A stretch of 64,000 bases of DNA from Octopus sinensis. Its lineage: Eukaryota. Below, piece by piece: positions 42,781-57,533 of the stretch (positions are counted from its first letter, which is position 1; each line of letters begins with the position of its first letter). Where the stretch lies: NCBI RefSeq assembly GCF_006345805.1, contig NC_042997.1, forward strand, positions 68,696,001-68,760,000, written 5' to 3'. The notes under the pieces were generated by a model, which made no database searches, was not told the DNA's origin, and saw only the letters and a program-made list of their open reading frames with translations. The position numbers and the translations under genes were made by a program.

Positions 42781-45696
42781 TATTATTATATTACAAATTG
42801 ATTGCGAAATCCTGTCATAAGTTAACAGCTTTGACTGCTATAATTTTAAAAGATTTGCATGATAAATTTAGTTGCTGTATCGTTATTCATACCACATATA
42901 CTGATACATATTGGTCAAAAACTAGGTATTGACAGAACTCGAGGATAAGGGACGTTTAGAGACATTTGAATGAGTTTTGTCTTGGAGGTTAGGTCATTAT
43001 TTAGTTATGTAGTGTGTATAGATTTGTATATACTTTCATCATAAAAATGCAGATCATCACAAAAAATAATAATTGTTCGTTACGCAGGTAATACATATTG
43101 TTAAGGAAACCACAAATTAAGACAAAATTTCGTAAAAGTAAATGCAGTGGATATAGTTAGAGAATATGCAGAAACAAGGCGATATTATCTATTAGGAATG
43201 ATACTTTGAAAGATTTAAACGTTAGAAGGAAACATTTATATTGCTGTTACAATGCTGATGACTGAGTCTTTGTATCGTTGTTTGCCTTAGGATGACAGCA
43301 TATACAGTAGCATGTTTGAGATATAATGTTTTCGGTAACAAAGTGCTGGGATTAAAGTCAAACGCCTTTTCGTTATCAAATCATTGTCATAATGAAGTCA
43401 CAATATTTCTGTGGTAGATTTTTTTTTTATTACAGTAGAATGATAAATGAATGGTTATACAAAAGTGTTTTCAAGAATACGCCCGCACAACCATTGTCAA
43501 CAGGACCTGTGTGGACGGTTTTTCAAAACCAGGAAAACTAAAATGTTATCCGCAACTGCTTCAAAACTCACAACTTCTCCCAAGAAATGATAAATTCATT
43601 TGTAGCCATAATGATTGGTTAAGTTACTAACTGTCTAAATAATACTCTTTAAAAGCGGTGTTTACTCGCAGGGTAATGACCAAATAGCATGTACATAGCA
43701 CCATCCTAATATAACGCATATAGCAGTTCGCAGTTGCTGTTATCAACCTTTTTGCATTGAAAGCTTTGTTTGTTTGTTACAAACCGGATACTTCTTTATA
43801 GTAAGAATTCCAATTAGTGAAACACAAAGGAGAAATTAAATACATAGTCAAGTAGAAATATAAAACCTGGATTGGGATGTTCTGAAAAATGTTTTAAGAT
43901 TAGTACCCAATATATGTCTAGTACCTTGTACTTTCATATATTTCGCTTTTAGCATACACTATATACATCTCAAATTATTGATATTCATTAAACACTACAT
44001 AAATACTTCAATACCTTTCTCTTCATTTGTTTATGCCTTAAATGCTCAAGTTTGTTAACCTAATTTCTATTTTTATTTATTCTATTATACTTTGATGTGG
44101 GGCAGCGATAAACTGTCACCTTTTATAGTCAATCCTCGTACCTTTTACTACTGAACTGCAGATATTTTATTGTTTTCATGTATTTATATCTAATTCTCTG
44201 CACGCTTCTGTCAAACTTGCTATGTGTTTCTTTCTCTGCCTTTTTCTCCTCTCATTTAAAACCTTATACGCACATATACCACCACACTCACAGGCATACA
44301 AATCTTTGGTATATTTTGCATTCATCTTTGTTTTTCAGTTTTTGTGCCCATTAATCAGTAAGGAGATGAACTTTGTTAATTGTCTAATCAATAACGATTT
44401 ATTTAACTTTTTTTATTCATTGTCTCTTTGAAAATATATTCTTGTATATGTCAAACCCTGTTACTAACAATCATTATCTCTAAATGGATGTAACAAATGT
44501 CTAATGTGATATAATTAAATTAGGTCGATTTTTTTAGTTACAATGATTGTTTACTTTATGTTCAAAAATGGTGATGCGATGTGTTTATTTTAGATTTATA
44601 TGTTTTTCCTGTCGTTACATTCCGCATGTTTTTATATCGCAATTAGTATGTTAAAGTTTCGCGATCAATGTCTTGAATATTTTTTTTCTTCAACAGCGAG
44701 AAAATATCTTAGAATTTCCAGAAAAATATGTAGATGATGAGGAGGTTACAATTTAAATTATTGATTTATTTGATTTCCGAATAATATTTCAGGTTATATT
44801 ATATAATATACTACGAGTTGAAAAGCATTAAACCACATCTATATGTATTTCAAGAAGATGAAAATACGTAATTATAACTTAATATGTATATTATATATAT
44901 ATATATATATATTTAATTGCTGATAAAAGTAAGAATTAGATTTACAACATTGAATGCTCTTAACAGTATATATTCGAATGATTTGAAGAATAGAGATATA
45001 TATTATAAACGTGACTGAATTAAGACGTTTAAACATAACTATTTCGATCTTTGCGGCATCGGAATAGAGTCAGTAATAATCGACTTCACTCCATATACCC
45101 GAAATTGCTGTTCTTCTGGAAAAATTTGAAACCAATATTTTATCTTGCACTGGGTCTTGATTTATTTCACACCGGTTCGTCATTTAACTTTATAATTTAT
45201 ATACATGCACATAAAATTTAGAATTTAGAAAATATATTTCTTAAATAAAATTAGATAATGTTTAAAATCCAGATGATGTACATTCATTTTGTTGCTTTTA
45301 TTAACATTTGCTCACTATCATTTCATTTAAAATCTGAGATGTTTCAAAAATAGCCAAGTTTATATACGTTCTGGTGAGTAGATAATCTATTATTGTTGTA
45401 TGATTTTACGACAGGGAGATACTTTTATATACAATTATTTTTACATTCTTTCAATAAGGATTTATGCAGACACAAAGTCTCAAACTCTAATAAAAGGACT
45501 ATTGACTCTATTGAATTCAGTATTTAAATTAATGGATTTTGTGAAAAACTGTATTTAAAACGTATATGTAAAAAACTGAAATAAATACCTATAGTAATTT
45601 GTCAAACATTCTAATAATTCTTATATTAACATTGAACTATATCTTACCAAATAACTTACAATGTTTATTTATGATTTATTCTTCATTTCATTTTAG

Positions 45697-45806
45697 CAAT
45701 GGCGAGACATTTACCTGAAGTGGAACCCAGAAGATTACGGAATGATAAAAAATGTCAGAATACCACCTGATGCTATTTGGATGCCAGACATAAAACTATA
45801 TAATTA
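45697..45806 (+). CDS. nAChR-family alpha subunit, 110-nt exon (to loop A)
   Basis: Acceptor TTCATTTCATTTTAG and donor GTGAGT at 45807. Encodes [36 protein letters not shown]+TA. Phase 0 in and phase 2 out match both neighbouring exons. Absent from the ORF track because it has no long ORF. Confidence 0.95.
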
Positions 45807-46690
45807 GTGAGTAATATATGCAAATTTACGTAGGTCTTAATAGATGAGGGAAAACTACGATTTCATCGAACACTGAAAACATATATTATGATTTGAATAA
45901 ATGAATATGTCGTATATATATTGAAGATGTTTAGAAATAATAATAAAAAATGCTATCAGTCTCCTTATTTTAATATGGACATGAATGCATTTCATGAATG
46001 AATTATATTTTATTTTGATCAAATATAAATCTTGTATGCATATCATATAATTCAATGGTGCGTAATGCCACTGAATAATCTAGGATTAACAGACATATAT
46101 TTACAGATGCACTGTATATGAAAATATATAATAATATAAATGTATCTTGGTCAGAATTACTGACTATGAGCATAATTTGTCAGTGTTCAGTCAACTAAAA
46201 TAGTAATTAAATTAGTGTGTTCGTAGCTGAGTATACCACTTATTCTTGTACTCTAAATTCTTTGGTCGAAATGACCTGACACACTGTAAGAAAATTAGAC
46301 CTTTGAATTACAAATACAATACATCTGACGGCATTCAACAGTTTCCATCTACGTAGTTTCATTCATGAGTCATGGTTCGATCTGAGTCAATAGTAAAAGA
46401 GATGTATCCAAGATGCCATATGTTGGGAAGGAATGCTGGGTGTTGAAGTTGAAAATAAAATTTTAAACGACACACAGGCACAAGGAGTCTACTGAAGCTC
46501 TATATAAATTCTGTGTGTGTGCGTGCGTGCGTGCGTGCGTGCATGCATGCATTCGTGTGTTTTTGTGTGTGCATGTTTGTGTGCTTAAATGCATATGTCT
46601 ATATATGTTGTCTTAAATTTGAACTGTGAAAGCAAGTAATTATTTATTTTTCTCGGATGTCTATTTAATATATTTAATATCTCTTTCCAG

Positions 46691-47145
46691 TGCTGATACC
46701 CGGTTAGAAGAGAAGCGTGATGCATTGGTAGTCCTGAAATACAATGGTACGGTGTTCTGGATGCCACAGGCAATTTTTAAAAGTTCATGTTCAATAGACA
46801 TCACATATTTCCCTTTCGACGCACAGACTTGTTACTTAAAATTCGGCTCTTGGACTTACGATGGAAATAAACTAGATGTAAAATTTTGGCAAAATGTACA
46901 GGGATTCGAGCTTACAGACTATGTGCCTAGTAACGAGTGGGATATTCTCGATTCATCTGCAATTAAGCACACAAAATATTATCCGTGTTGCTCGGAACCA
47001 TATCCCGATTTGACGTTTACATTGAAAATTAAAAGAAAAGTTGCTTTTTACAACTATATTTTGATATTGCCTTGCGTACTTTTATCCTCTCTCACAATGG
47101 TTTTGTTCTGGTTACCACCAGAATCTCCGGCCAAAATGCAGTTAG
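46691..47145 (+). CDS. nAChR-family alpha subunit, exon with Cys-loop, loops B and C, M1 and M1-M2 linker (anion-type PAK motif)
   Basis: Acceptor CTCTTTCCAG and donor GTAAGT at 47146. Contains Cys-loop CSIDITYFPFDAQTC (C-x13-C), FGSWTYDG, vicinal cysteines YYPCCSEPY, M1 YILILPCVLLSSLTMVLFWL and linker PPESPAKMQLG. Confidence 0.97.
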
Positions 47146-48514
47146 GTAAGTACCTAAGCATATTTATACTTACTATTTTGGAAATAATTTTGAACCACAG
47201 AGACGAAGCAATTTTAAGCAATCGGGTTTATTTGAAACATTTCTTTTATTATACTGGAATTGTTTTAAATACTATTCTCTTCCGAATTCTTCGAACATTT
47301 TGAAATTAATTTCTTGCGTATAATTTTCTTGTGACATCAACGTAAATAAATTAAAATTGGGAAGTTATTATCTCATCGTTAGTAAGTAAAAATCTACCTG
47401 TGGTCATGTAGAAAGCAATAACAACATTTCCCTTGTAGTTCTTTTATTTTAATCATTACAAGGAAGTTATCTATACCTGCTGGAAAGGCTACGTACCAAT
47501 ATTGAGCTTTTATCATTTATGGTAGAACTGAAAAAGAAAATCTTTCGTTATAAGTTTATGAAAATATTATACAATCTAAATGTAGAAGAATACCTACACT
47601 TTTTTAAACCCATAGGAAACAGGATAAAAAAATCAATTAAAATCTTATAAAAACGAGGCTAAGGTAGTTGATATATGTATATACATATACATTACACGAA
47701 CACGCACATACGCACACAACCGAAAACCTTCCATTTGTTCACCCTCCCTCAGTAATTGAAAACACACCGTCTCTGATACCGACACTTTCACCGATATAAC
47801 TAGCTTAATCTCCTGATATGTCAGCCACTTACTCTGTAAATAAGAAAGTTTAAGGCAAAAGGTAAGGGAGAGAGAAAATTGGAGCAATTCATTGGCAGAC
47901 ATTTTTATTAACCCGGCTGCTGAATTCGCTAGAAATCAGTTTTTACTGCCTTAAATGAAGCTTAAATTGAATAACATTATAGATTTTGGTATTTGAACCT
48001 ACATGCTAACTTTTCCAATATTTAGTTTGCAAATATGAACATTTAATGACACTGTTCCAGGGAAGAATTTCAAACATCTTCACGTTGACCTTCGCATATG
48101 CGTCTAGCAGGGAGAAATCCGAATGCGTCGAATTTCTCATTAAGGATTGCTTTCGTTTTCTTCAGTTACTCTGGTAATGTTAATTCTCCAAAACACTATG
48201 GCGTCTATGCAATGCCTTTTCTGTAACGTATGGGGAAATGTCACACATCCTATGACCTTGGGCAAATTGATCTTCACCACAAATTTCAGATAGGTACTCA
48301 AGAGGATGGCCTACAGTATACATCATACATATATACATTCATTTTTATATATTAAAATAATCGGCTTTGTAATCATTTGGGTAAATGAAACTGATGAAAT
48401 ATAGCTTGTCCAGTTGACTTTTAGCCGATATTTTTATGCATATAATTTGATCTAATCGATTTTACTCCACCATAAAATGAGTGTTTTACGCTAATGTTAG
48501 AAATCTTTATGAAT

Positions 48515-48830
48515 ATGAGCGCCAGTGTGGTAAGAAACTTGCTTCTCACCTGCATGATTCCGGGTTCAGTCCAACTGTGTGGAACCTTGGGCAACGGAAT
48601 TCTACTATAGTCACGGGCCGACCAAAGCCTTGTGGATTTCGCAGGTGGAACCATGAAGAAACCTGTCGGATATATATTTTTATGTGTGTATTTACGTTTC
48701 GGTAACCTAGCTGCTGGGCAACAAAGGCCGATAAAATAAGTACTGGGGTCGATTTAACAAAATTCTTCAAGGTGGTGCCCATCATAGTCGCAGTCTAATA
48801 ATTGAAACAAGTAAAATATAAATTATAAAA
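48515..48830 (+). mobile_element. tRNA-derived SINE (diverged)
   Basis: GTGTGGTAAGAAACTTGCTTC...CCGGGTTCAGTCC...CCTTGGGCAA head; same family as 24571-24982. Confidence 0.75.
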
Positions 48831-48912
48831 GATTATACTGAAAATCAGTAGAACGTTGAATACATTAGCTTGTAGTAACCTTTACTATCTAAATTGCCTT
48901 TTTTCCTGTACA

Positions 48913-48943
<31 letters not shown>

Positions 48944-51373
48944 CTCTCTCTTGATACCATTAAATTACTGGGTTCGATATTATCGACTGTTGCTTCCCTT
49001 AAATGTTTTGGTTATAACACTGTGTTAGAAGTCATTAATATTGTTATAAATAACATAGAGTTTTCTACACAGGCATGCACTTACAACTTGCTTCAGTTGA
49101 TAAATACTCCTTATTGTAAACATTTCCGTTCATTTTTCCCCTTGTAGAAATCTCATCCTGCATTGTTAAGTAATAAGATGTTTCTAATTGAGGCAGCTCA
49201 TTTTCAGATGTCTAAATCAATCTTAAACAGGATACATTGGTAAATATTTTAAACTGCTAAACACTGTATCTCCTCACAAACGGAAATAAAACAGCGAACA
49301 AAACCAGACTGCGGACACAGATTCAGTGAAAGAGTATATATACATCATTATATATATATTAGCCTCTTCCATGAACTTCTAGCTTCATACAAGTTTCTAA
49401 ATCACTATATTTCTATTGATCTTCAGCTGATTGCTTAAGCACAGAAAGCCAATTTTGGTCGTAGCTCACTAAATGAGTATGTCAAGGCCTTACTGAGAAG
49501 TTTGACATATTTATGTTATCTGCTGATACGCAACAGCTTTCTTTCAAAGTCTATTTTAAAAAAAGCTGTTCAAATAGCATTTCTATACAAAAATGTTTGC
49601 TTAATTTTTCTGTGAATTACTTGCATGTTTTATGTGCACGGAAATCTGTAACTCTCTTTGAGCATTACCTTATATATGATAAACTAACCGAGCCTCTACT
49701 TCAGCGCTTTGCATCTATTTTCCAATTAACAATTCAGGTGTATTTTTTTTGATACAAGATAGTGTTAATAAAACGGTATTTCATTGTGCCATGTGAAATA
49801 TCAAGACGCCCAGATACAAGTTCATTCATAATTTACTAGTATAATTTAATAGATTATCTATGTTTGATTCTGCAAGATGAAAGAGTCTTCTTCAACATAT
49901 GTAAATCTGCTACGTTCTGTGTGATACATATTTCGAGGAAGCCAATTTCCATAGTTCTTCCAGGAAAATGTTACTGATAGAATTATTTCTATTCGTGAAT
50001 AAAAGATTATGCAAGTGTTTCCTCAGTTTGTGTGTGTGGGCTGATTTGACTGCCATTTCAAGTTGTTACAAACAATCTCTTGAAAGCTGCCCTCTTTTAC
50101 GATGATGGTGTATTTTAATCGGCTAATATTTTTAGCAGTCCGAGAGACGGCGTGTAGGCTCCTTTCACAGATCGTCTTATTCTGGCCTTTTCAATCCGGT
50201 GCCCAGGTGGTAATAAATATTTTAAAAATTATCTAAATTGGCTCACATATAAATATGCTTACCTACACTTGCGTTCTAATTGCTTTTATTTGGTTGAGGA
50301 TGAAGTCACTTTTCTGCACAAGAAAAGTGAATTACTTGTAAATCTTCAATATTTCACATTTTGCTTTCAGAATCAAAACTTTCTACCGAGTAATATGTTT
50401 TCAAATACCTAATTAGGTTTCATCGATTCTTTTTCCTTTTGTTAGACTACTAATCTAATGATAAATAAGCAGTTTTTTCCTAATAATTCCTTACTATCAT
50501 TTTTTACTACTTTGAATTTAAATGTTTTTGCATACATTTTGTTTGTTTATCGAGTTAATATCCAGATTCTCTAGATATAAGTTTGCCAGTTGCTTTAAAA
50601 GTATCCAGTGTAAGTAGATGTAATTACAATTATTATTTAGCAGAATAACAAAAGATGGATTAGTAACATCGCAAGAGCGAGTGACAACGTACTTTGTGGT
50701 ATTTAGTTACGTCCGATAACCTTTTTACATTTCAACGTTACCGGGGCTGACTTTGCTTTTCCTCCTTCAGGAGATCGAGTTAATCATGGGATCCCACACC
50801 CTCGTCCAAAATAAAATTTTACTGCATATTGAATAAAATATCGTATTGAATTGTATACATGGCCTACATGGCCTTGCTTTTTGCTTTTTGAGCCAAAAAA
50901 TTAACTTAACTTAACTTAACTTAACGTTCCTTAAGCTGCAAGTTGAAATCCCTCTTGGGTCGTCTCTGACAACCATTCGATTAATAGTTGACAAAACAAA
51001 AAAGCTATAAGGTGATAGTGAGGTGGTGAATCGATTACCTCAGCTCGAGTACTTATCTCGTATAACATTATATCGACCCAGAAGGATAAACAGCAATGGT
51101 GATTCCCAAGTTATGCAACGAATAATAAAAGATAACAATTTTTTTATTAATTAGACAAGGTCAGCAATTTTGAAGACAGGAAAAGGTGCTAGTCGATTAC
51201 CTCGACCCCAGTGTTTGGTTGTTTCTTTTTTTATCGCCCCTTCCCTCAAAGGATGAAAGGCTAAGTCAACAACCCACTTTTGTCCGGCATGCTAACGATT
51301 CTGCCAGTTTTCCCTACTACTACTACTACTACTACCACTACTACTACTGCTGCTGCTGCTGCTGCTTCTGCTG

Positions 51374-51415
<42 letters not shown>

Positions 51416-52369
51416 ACTACTACTACTACTACTAAATTTATTATTGGTTACTGGGTGCAATTATATATCAACGATCCATACGTATAGAGAAAGGTGAACA
51501 CCCAATAGGCCTTATAAAGATATGTAGGGTGGGACGAACACATATAAAATCGTGGAAGTTTTATTGTATAACCCGAAAATGTTAAACAATGAATGTGTGG
51601 GCGTGTTTAGACCATTATATATAATTATATATAATTACAAGGAATATGTAAAAGAAAATAACAACACATTGTAAACAAGCCAAAATTTACTTTCAAAAGG
51701 AACCAAATTAAGTAGACATATGTCGGAAGAAGCTAACTATGTTAATGACACCTGAATGCACCACAAATCCTGAGTTTTTCCATATGATTTTTATAGCTAG
51801 GATGTCTAGAATCTTACATCCCCTACATAGCAGACATAACAGAACGCAAAGCCTTTCAGAACGTTTTAAAATATATTTTTAGTTTATGATCATTGTCGTT
51901 GGACCCATCTACTTTGTGATCAATAACTACATCGTGTAACAAATACTGCTGTTATTTTCTTCTTTGAGTTATTATACGCGTATTGTGTCTTTCTGTGTCT
52001 TTAGCATGTATCTGATTAACTGTGAACTTCACACTTTTCCGAAAGGAGTTGGGTTTACCTTTTTGGTAGAAGGGCTTCTCTGTCAGAGAAGATTCTTTCT
52101 CTCGCATCGGAGACGAGTTTCACTTTTTAAAAAAATGCAGAATTGGCTGTCTGCCAGACTGGAGGATTTTACATTAGTGACAAAAGTGAAGTTGATATTC
52201 TAAACTCGAATTGCACAAATATAGTGTTTAAAATTATTTCTTTTAAATTATCTAATTCCCGGTGAAACATATTATCACGTTGGATATATTAACAAATCAC
52301 CATATACATAAGTACACACACACGCACATACACACACACAGATAAACATACACACCCACACCCACTTAT

Positions 52370-52432
<63 letters not shown>

Positions 52433-52789
52433 ATATAATATAAGCAAACTTATATGCGCCGAGCATGTTGTTATTTCACTGACGAGAGAGTTGATTTTGA
52501 AAACCGTATAACTCTGAAAACAGCCAATATCAAATCATTCTCGGCTGTTTACACAGCCACACTATATGTGTGTGTGTGTATGTATGTATATATATATATA
52601 TGTGTATATGTGTGTGTACGTGTGTCCCCAAATGCCTCTTCCCCGCATGAACTACCACTCCTGCAATCTCGGTTCTGATAGGCCATAATTAGACCGTAAT
52701 GACTAAAGAAAAAAACATAGACAAGGCCACAACGAGTGATGACCTGCATAATAAAATTTTAGATTCGTGTATAGCTAAAGAAATCGGCA

Positions 52790-53130
52790 AAACATCTGTA
52801 TCCAACAGAACGAGCAAAATCAGAGTATCTGGAGCGGTCCTCGTTGAAAGACCAAACTAATAAAGTCTGTTTATTGATCGGCAGGAGTATCCTTCGTGTT
52901 CTAATATTTCAGCAAAAGAATCTGACAAGCTCAGACATTACAAAGATTTGCTCATTAAGATCGAAAACAAAAAGTACGGTATCTCAAAGCAAATACAGTA
53001 CCAGTGATTGTATGAACACTATAAGTAATCAGAAAAGGAACTTCAAAATATTTGAGAATGATCTTTGACTTACCATCCCAGCAACAAGTGCAAAATCTTT
53101 TTTTTAAATGGTACATAACACTTACTGAGA
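52790..53130 (+). mobile_element. Decayed R4/Dong-like RLE fragment
   Basis: Nucleotide similarity to 57534-57898 (GAAAGACCAAAC.AATAAAGT.TG.TTATTGATCG...); frameshifted. Confidence 0.6.
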
Positions 53131-54266
53131 AGAGTATTTTCATTGTGAGAAGAATTACCTTCCATGTAAATGAGTTTTTCTTTCCCTCATAACTTTATTT
53201 GACTTTGTAAACGAACAATCTGGTGTGTTCATTTCAATGGCCTATCAATGTGTACAGTGAGTTTCTCTGCTCTAAGACACTCTCTAGGAAATGAAAGCAA
53301 AACGGAAGGTAGAGCGCTCTGAGAAGTAAAACAACAACAACAACAACAACAACAGCAGCAGCAACAACAACAACAACAACAACAACAATAATAATAATAA
53401 TAATAATAATAATATAATAATAATAATAATAATATAATAATAATAATCCTCTCTGCTATAGGCACAAGGCCTGAAATTTATTTGGAGGGGACTCATCGAC
53501 TACATCGACTCCAGTGTTACACTAGTATTTAATTTATCGACCCCGAAAGGATGAAAGGCAAAGTCGACCTCGGTGGAGTTTGAACTCAAAATGTAGCACC
53601 GGGCGAAATATCGCTAAGTATTTTGTCCAGCGTGTTAACAATTCTGCAAGCTCGCCGTCTTAACAACAACAACCACGAAAAAAATTAAAATTATAAATGA
53701 CCGTGTGACTCTTATGTCTTCTGATGTTAACTGATTGGAAGTGTTTTGTACATGTACATTGTTTTGTCTTGGTATAAAAGATGGACTACAGCAAATATCC
53801 TACTCAATACCACAGATTTGCTTGTCAGTTGTTTGATCTTAACCAGTTGACCATGTCCCTTAGTGGCTGACGATATGTGCATCTCTGGTCACGAGCAGAA
53901 GTAGTGGAGGAGCATCATAGCCGTGTGCCGAAAGTAATTCTTGGAGGTTTGGATAATTCACCTTTGGAAACAGGGGTGGTTCGTTCAACATCTTTAAACA
54001 ATCCTTATTCAGGGACCTTTTGAACATGATGGGCTACTCGACCTGAACAAAATTCTAACTGGGCCCCACCTGCAAGGTTATACGCTGTTTATCTTGATAC
54101 GAGATCATCATGTCGCACACATAGGGCTGTGATGCATGTGCCTGGTGTGCCCTTATCAGACGGGTAATCATGATGGGTATACTGGGCTTCGTATATTTGT
54201 ACCCCAGTGTCACTTTGATAATATGCACTGCTCTCTCACTCAATAATAATAATAATGATGATGATG

Positions 54267-54301
<35 letters not shown>

Positions 54302-54335
54302 AAAAATAATAATAAAAATAAAAATGATAATAATT

Positions 54336-54512
54336 ATACATTTCTATATTTAAGAAGAATTACGTACCTTATTCACATTATTTACAATTGACATCTTGTT
54401 TGTTGTTAACACAACGTTTCGGATGATATACCCTCCAGGCTTCATCAGGAGTCTTGGACAAATTTTGAACCTGGGTTCTCATTCCTAAGATGTTTTTCGA
54501 TGTTGCTGCTGC

Positions 54513-54545
<33 letters not shown>

Positions 54546-55500
54546 CATTATTGTACCCCGCGCTCTTAACCACTAGGCCATAATCACGTGGGCAATTATG
54601 GAGGGAAATTTAAGGCTTATAAATCTAATATTCTCCTATCCTTCTTTAATACCGGTTCCCATATGCTGTTCACATCTACACTCGGTCTGCTTAGGAGGTT
54701 CATGTGTCCTAGCATATGTGCTGCTTCTTTTAGATTTTGTATTTTCCAGTGCTGTTCTCTGTCTATTATTTTAACTTCATCCGACAATGGGAGGTGGTCT
54801 CCATTTTTCCATACATGATCAACTATACCCGATTTATCAATATCTCTCTATCTCACAGCTTTGCGATGTTCCTCTACCCTTATTTCGCCTGCATGGGCTG
54901 GCGTACACGCAGTTCTTAGCCATATTCTATTCTATTGGCGGTTTTACTCGAAGGAGATATTTGCGAAGTGTTGTATTAATTTTGAATACTGATCTGTCAT
55001 ATGGGTTGCATATCTTTTGTATCTTTTCAGAGCGGCCTTTCACATAGGGTAGACAGACTGTGGACAGTTTATCGGTTTCATCCACTCTTTTCTTCATAAT
55101 TGGAGTGGAGAGTATGCTTTAGGGGTAGTTGTTGCTTAATAGATTGTTACTGAGCTTGATCATTTCTTCGTTGTGTGTATCACGATCGCTACTTATATGC
55201 TCGATGGTTTATGTACTGAGCAATCCATCTCTTTACGCTGTACGGATGGTGGGATTTGATGTTGTGGTATCGTCCAGTTAAAGTCGACTTGCGGTATAAT
55301 GATGTCCTGAATCCATACTTGGCGCGTGTTATTAATACGTTCAGGAATGCTAGCTGATTGTCTTTTTCTTTTTCCATTGTGAACTGTATGGATAGCTTTA
55401 TTGAGTCCACATGATCTAACAGCACTTTTTGGTTGGGCCAGTTCTTGGTGAGGCATTTTAGTGGGGCCAGAGTATGAAGGTGTCAGAGTATGAAGTCTCG
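54336..55500 (-). mobile_element. Penelope-like element, 5'-truncated (RT thumb, GIY-YIG C-terminus, 3' pLTR with decayed hammerhead)
   Basis: FTMEKEKDNQLAFLNVLITR..GFRTSLYRK.T.TGRY.N.KSHHP; downstream EQHWKIQNLKEAAHMLGH..LLSRPSVDVNSIWEP. At 54408-54453 the minus strand reads GACTC-CTGATGA-...-GAAACGT-T-GTGTT. The 3' end abuts (TAA)n. Confidence 0.85.
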
Positions 55501-56849
55501 CTGCCATAGGGTTGGTTTTTAGTGGTGTTGATCCTAAAACCAAAATCTTAAAACTGACAGAGTGCTATTTTTGAAAAATGGAAACGAATTATTCCATATC
55601 GTAAGGCAAAATTGAAACGAATTGTTCCATATCGTAAGGCAAACATGTTATGTGTTTAGTATAAGAAGTGAAAGCTAAGACGAAATGATTGCTAATCCGT
55701 CGTGTATTCGCCTGCGCCTCGGCATTTATCTGGGGGCTTGGCATCTGTGAAAACCACAAATGCCGCTCTTAGGACTGGATTAACACCCATAGTAACCCTA
55801 ATGACCAAAAAGATTTCCCTGCCCCTATATAGGACGTTTATCTTACTCCAGTCCAGTCAGTTGGTCAAAATGAGTTGTAGCTCTAATTCAAAGAGACCAG
55901 CCTTGTCAGATTCTGTGTGAGGCTGAATCTCCCTGAGAATTACGTTAAAGGTATGCATGTCTGTGGAGTACTCAGCCATTAGCCAGTTAATTTTATCCTC
56001 GTGTGGTAATGAAAAGTTAAAGTAACATCCAGTATTTGCTGTTATTTATTTTTGATTTAACATTGTGTCTATGTACTAACTTTTCTTTCGATCTATGTAT
56101 CTACTGTCTCTCGCGCTTTTCCCTTTCTCTCTCACTTCCTACGTGTCCCTTCTCTCTCCCGCTTTTAATTTAACAAAGAGTGTATGTATCTATGTATCAC
56201 ATTTTCTATCGATCTATGTATCTACTTTTCTTCCGATGTGATAAACATTTAAAACCACACAAAACAAACGCCGTCATCACACAATGTCTCTCTCTCTCTC
56301 TCTCTTACTTCCTCTCTCTCTCTTACTTCCTCTCTCTCTCTTACTTCCTCTCTGTTCTCCTCTTTCTCCCTTTGCCACTCACTTCTTCCATTGAAGTAAG
56401 TGTGAACCATACCACAGGTACGTAAGATGAAAAACAAAAATCGAAATTGACATTACAGCAGAGCAAGCCCGAAAAACTTTTTGGGACAGCTAAGATTATG
56501 TGATTGGTACTTGGATGTTCAATGCCTTCCACGATAATTAAGAACCAAGTATCAGAGCTTGACCTCTGACAACAGGCCGCAGTGCGCTTGCACAGAATCA
56601 ACCAGAGCAAACAAGACCGGGTGATGTGAGAAGTAAAACAACATCAATAACAACAATAACTTTGAAGGGAGGAGGACTAATCGACTACATCGTCCCCAGT
56701 ACTCAGCTGGTACTTACTTCATCAACTCCGAAAGGACAAAAGGCAAAGTTGACCTCGGTGGAATTAGAACTTAGAACGTACCGACGGGTGAAATGCAACT
56801 AATAATAATAATAATAATAATAATAATATAATAATAATAATAATAATAA

Positions 56850-57507
56850 TGTGGAGATGGACAAGAAACAAGAAATCATATTATCTCTAGCTGCCCAGTC
56901 CTGGCTAAGAAGGAATATATTCACAGACATGACAGAGTTGGAACCTACATACATTGGAAGCTATGCCAACATTATGGAATAACAACAGAAAAAAGATGGT
57001 ATAGGCACACACCAGAAAAGGTCACAGAAAACGAGAAAGCAACCATACTCTGGGATATGCCGATACACACAGATAGAGAAATTAAGGCCAACAGACCAGA
57101 TATAGTTGTCAGAGATCACGAAGAAAAAAAATGCTTTCTAATTGATGTATCAATACCGGCAGATGGCAACGTGTCTATAAAAGAAATGGAGACACTCTCA
57201 AAATACAAAGACCTGGAAATAGAGGTAACTAGAATGTGGAATCTGAAAACAGAAACAATTCCTATCATAGTAGGTGCATTAGGCATGATAAAAAAATATT
57301 CAGACAAATACATAACAAAAACACCAGGACTTACAAACACATATAACATACAGAAAATTGCACTACTAGGCACTGCACACATCCTACGCAGAACACTTTC
57401 CATACAATAACCATCAGAGTATCACAACAAATCACAGCACATACCCAAGGCACACAGAGATGCGCTCGGTAGTGAAGTGAAAGCACGCTATAAAAATAAA
57501 ACTACTG
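56850..57507 (+). mobile_element. R4/Dong-clade non-LTR retrotransposon 3' end (CCHC + restriction-like endonuclease), open frame 56850-57410
   Basis: CGDGQETRNHIISSC...HRHDRV...ILWDMPIHTDREIKANRPDIV...IDVSIP...KYKDL...IQKIALLGTAHILRRTLSIQ*; (TAA)n on both sides. Confidence 0.9.
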
Positions 57508-57533
57508 AATAATAATAATAATAATAATAATAA

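Noticed and set aside
43070-43095. CAG|GTAAT zero-length exon (recursive splice site)
   Set aside because: The polypyrimidine tract and donor are weak, and such matches are expected by chance in a 14-kb intron.
46626-46690. N-terminal part of ORF 46626-47303 resembling a signal peptide
   Set aside because: It is the polypyrimidine tract and acceptor of the intron; the true upstream sequence is exon 45697-45806.
47146-47303. Read-through of the receptor ORF past the donor, giving a hydrophobic tail (KYLSIFILTILEIIL...)
   Set aside because: A perfect GTAAGT donor follows L-G exactly where the M2 exon junction is expected. The tail has no similarity to M2 and is AT-rich intron sequence.
55581-55643. 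33-bp tandem duplication
   Set aside because: Two copies only, an ordinary slippage duplication; not a CRISPR or satellite array.
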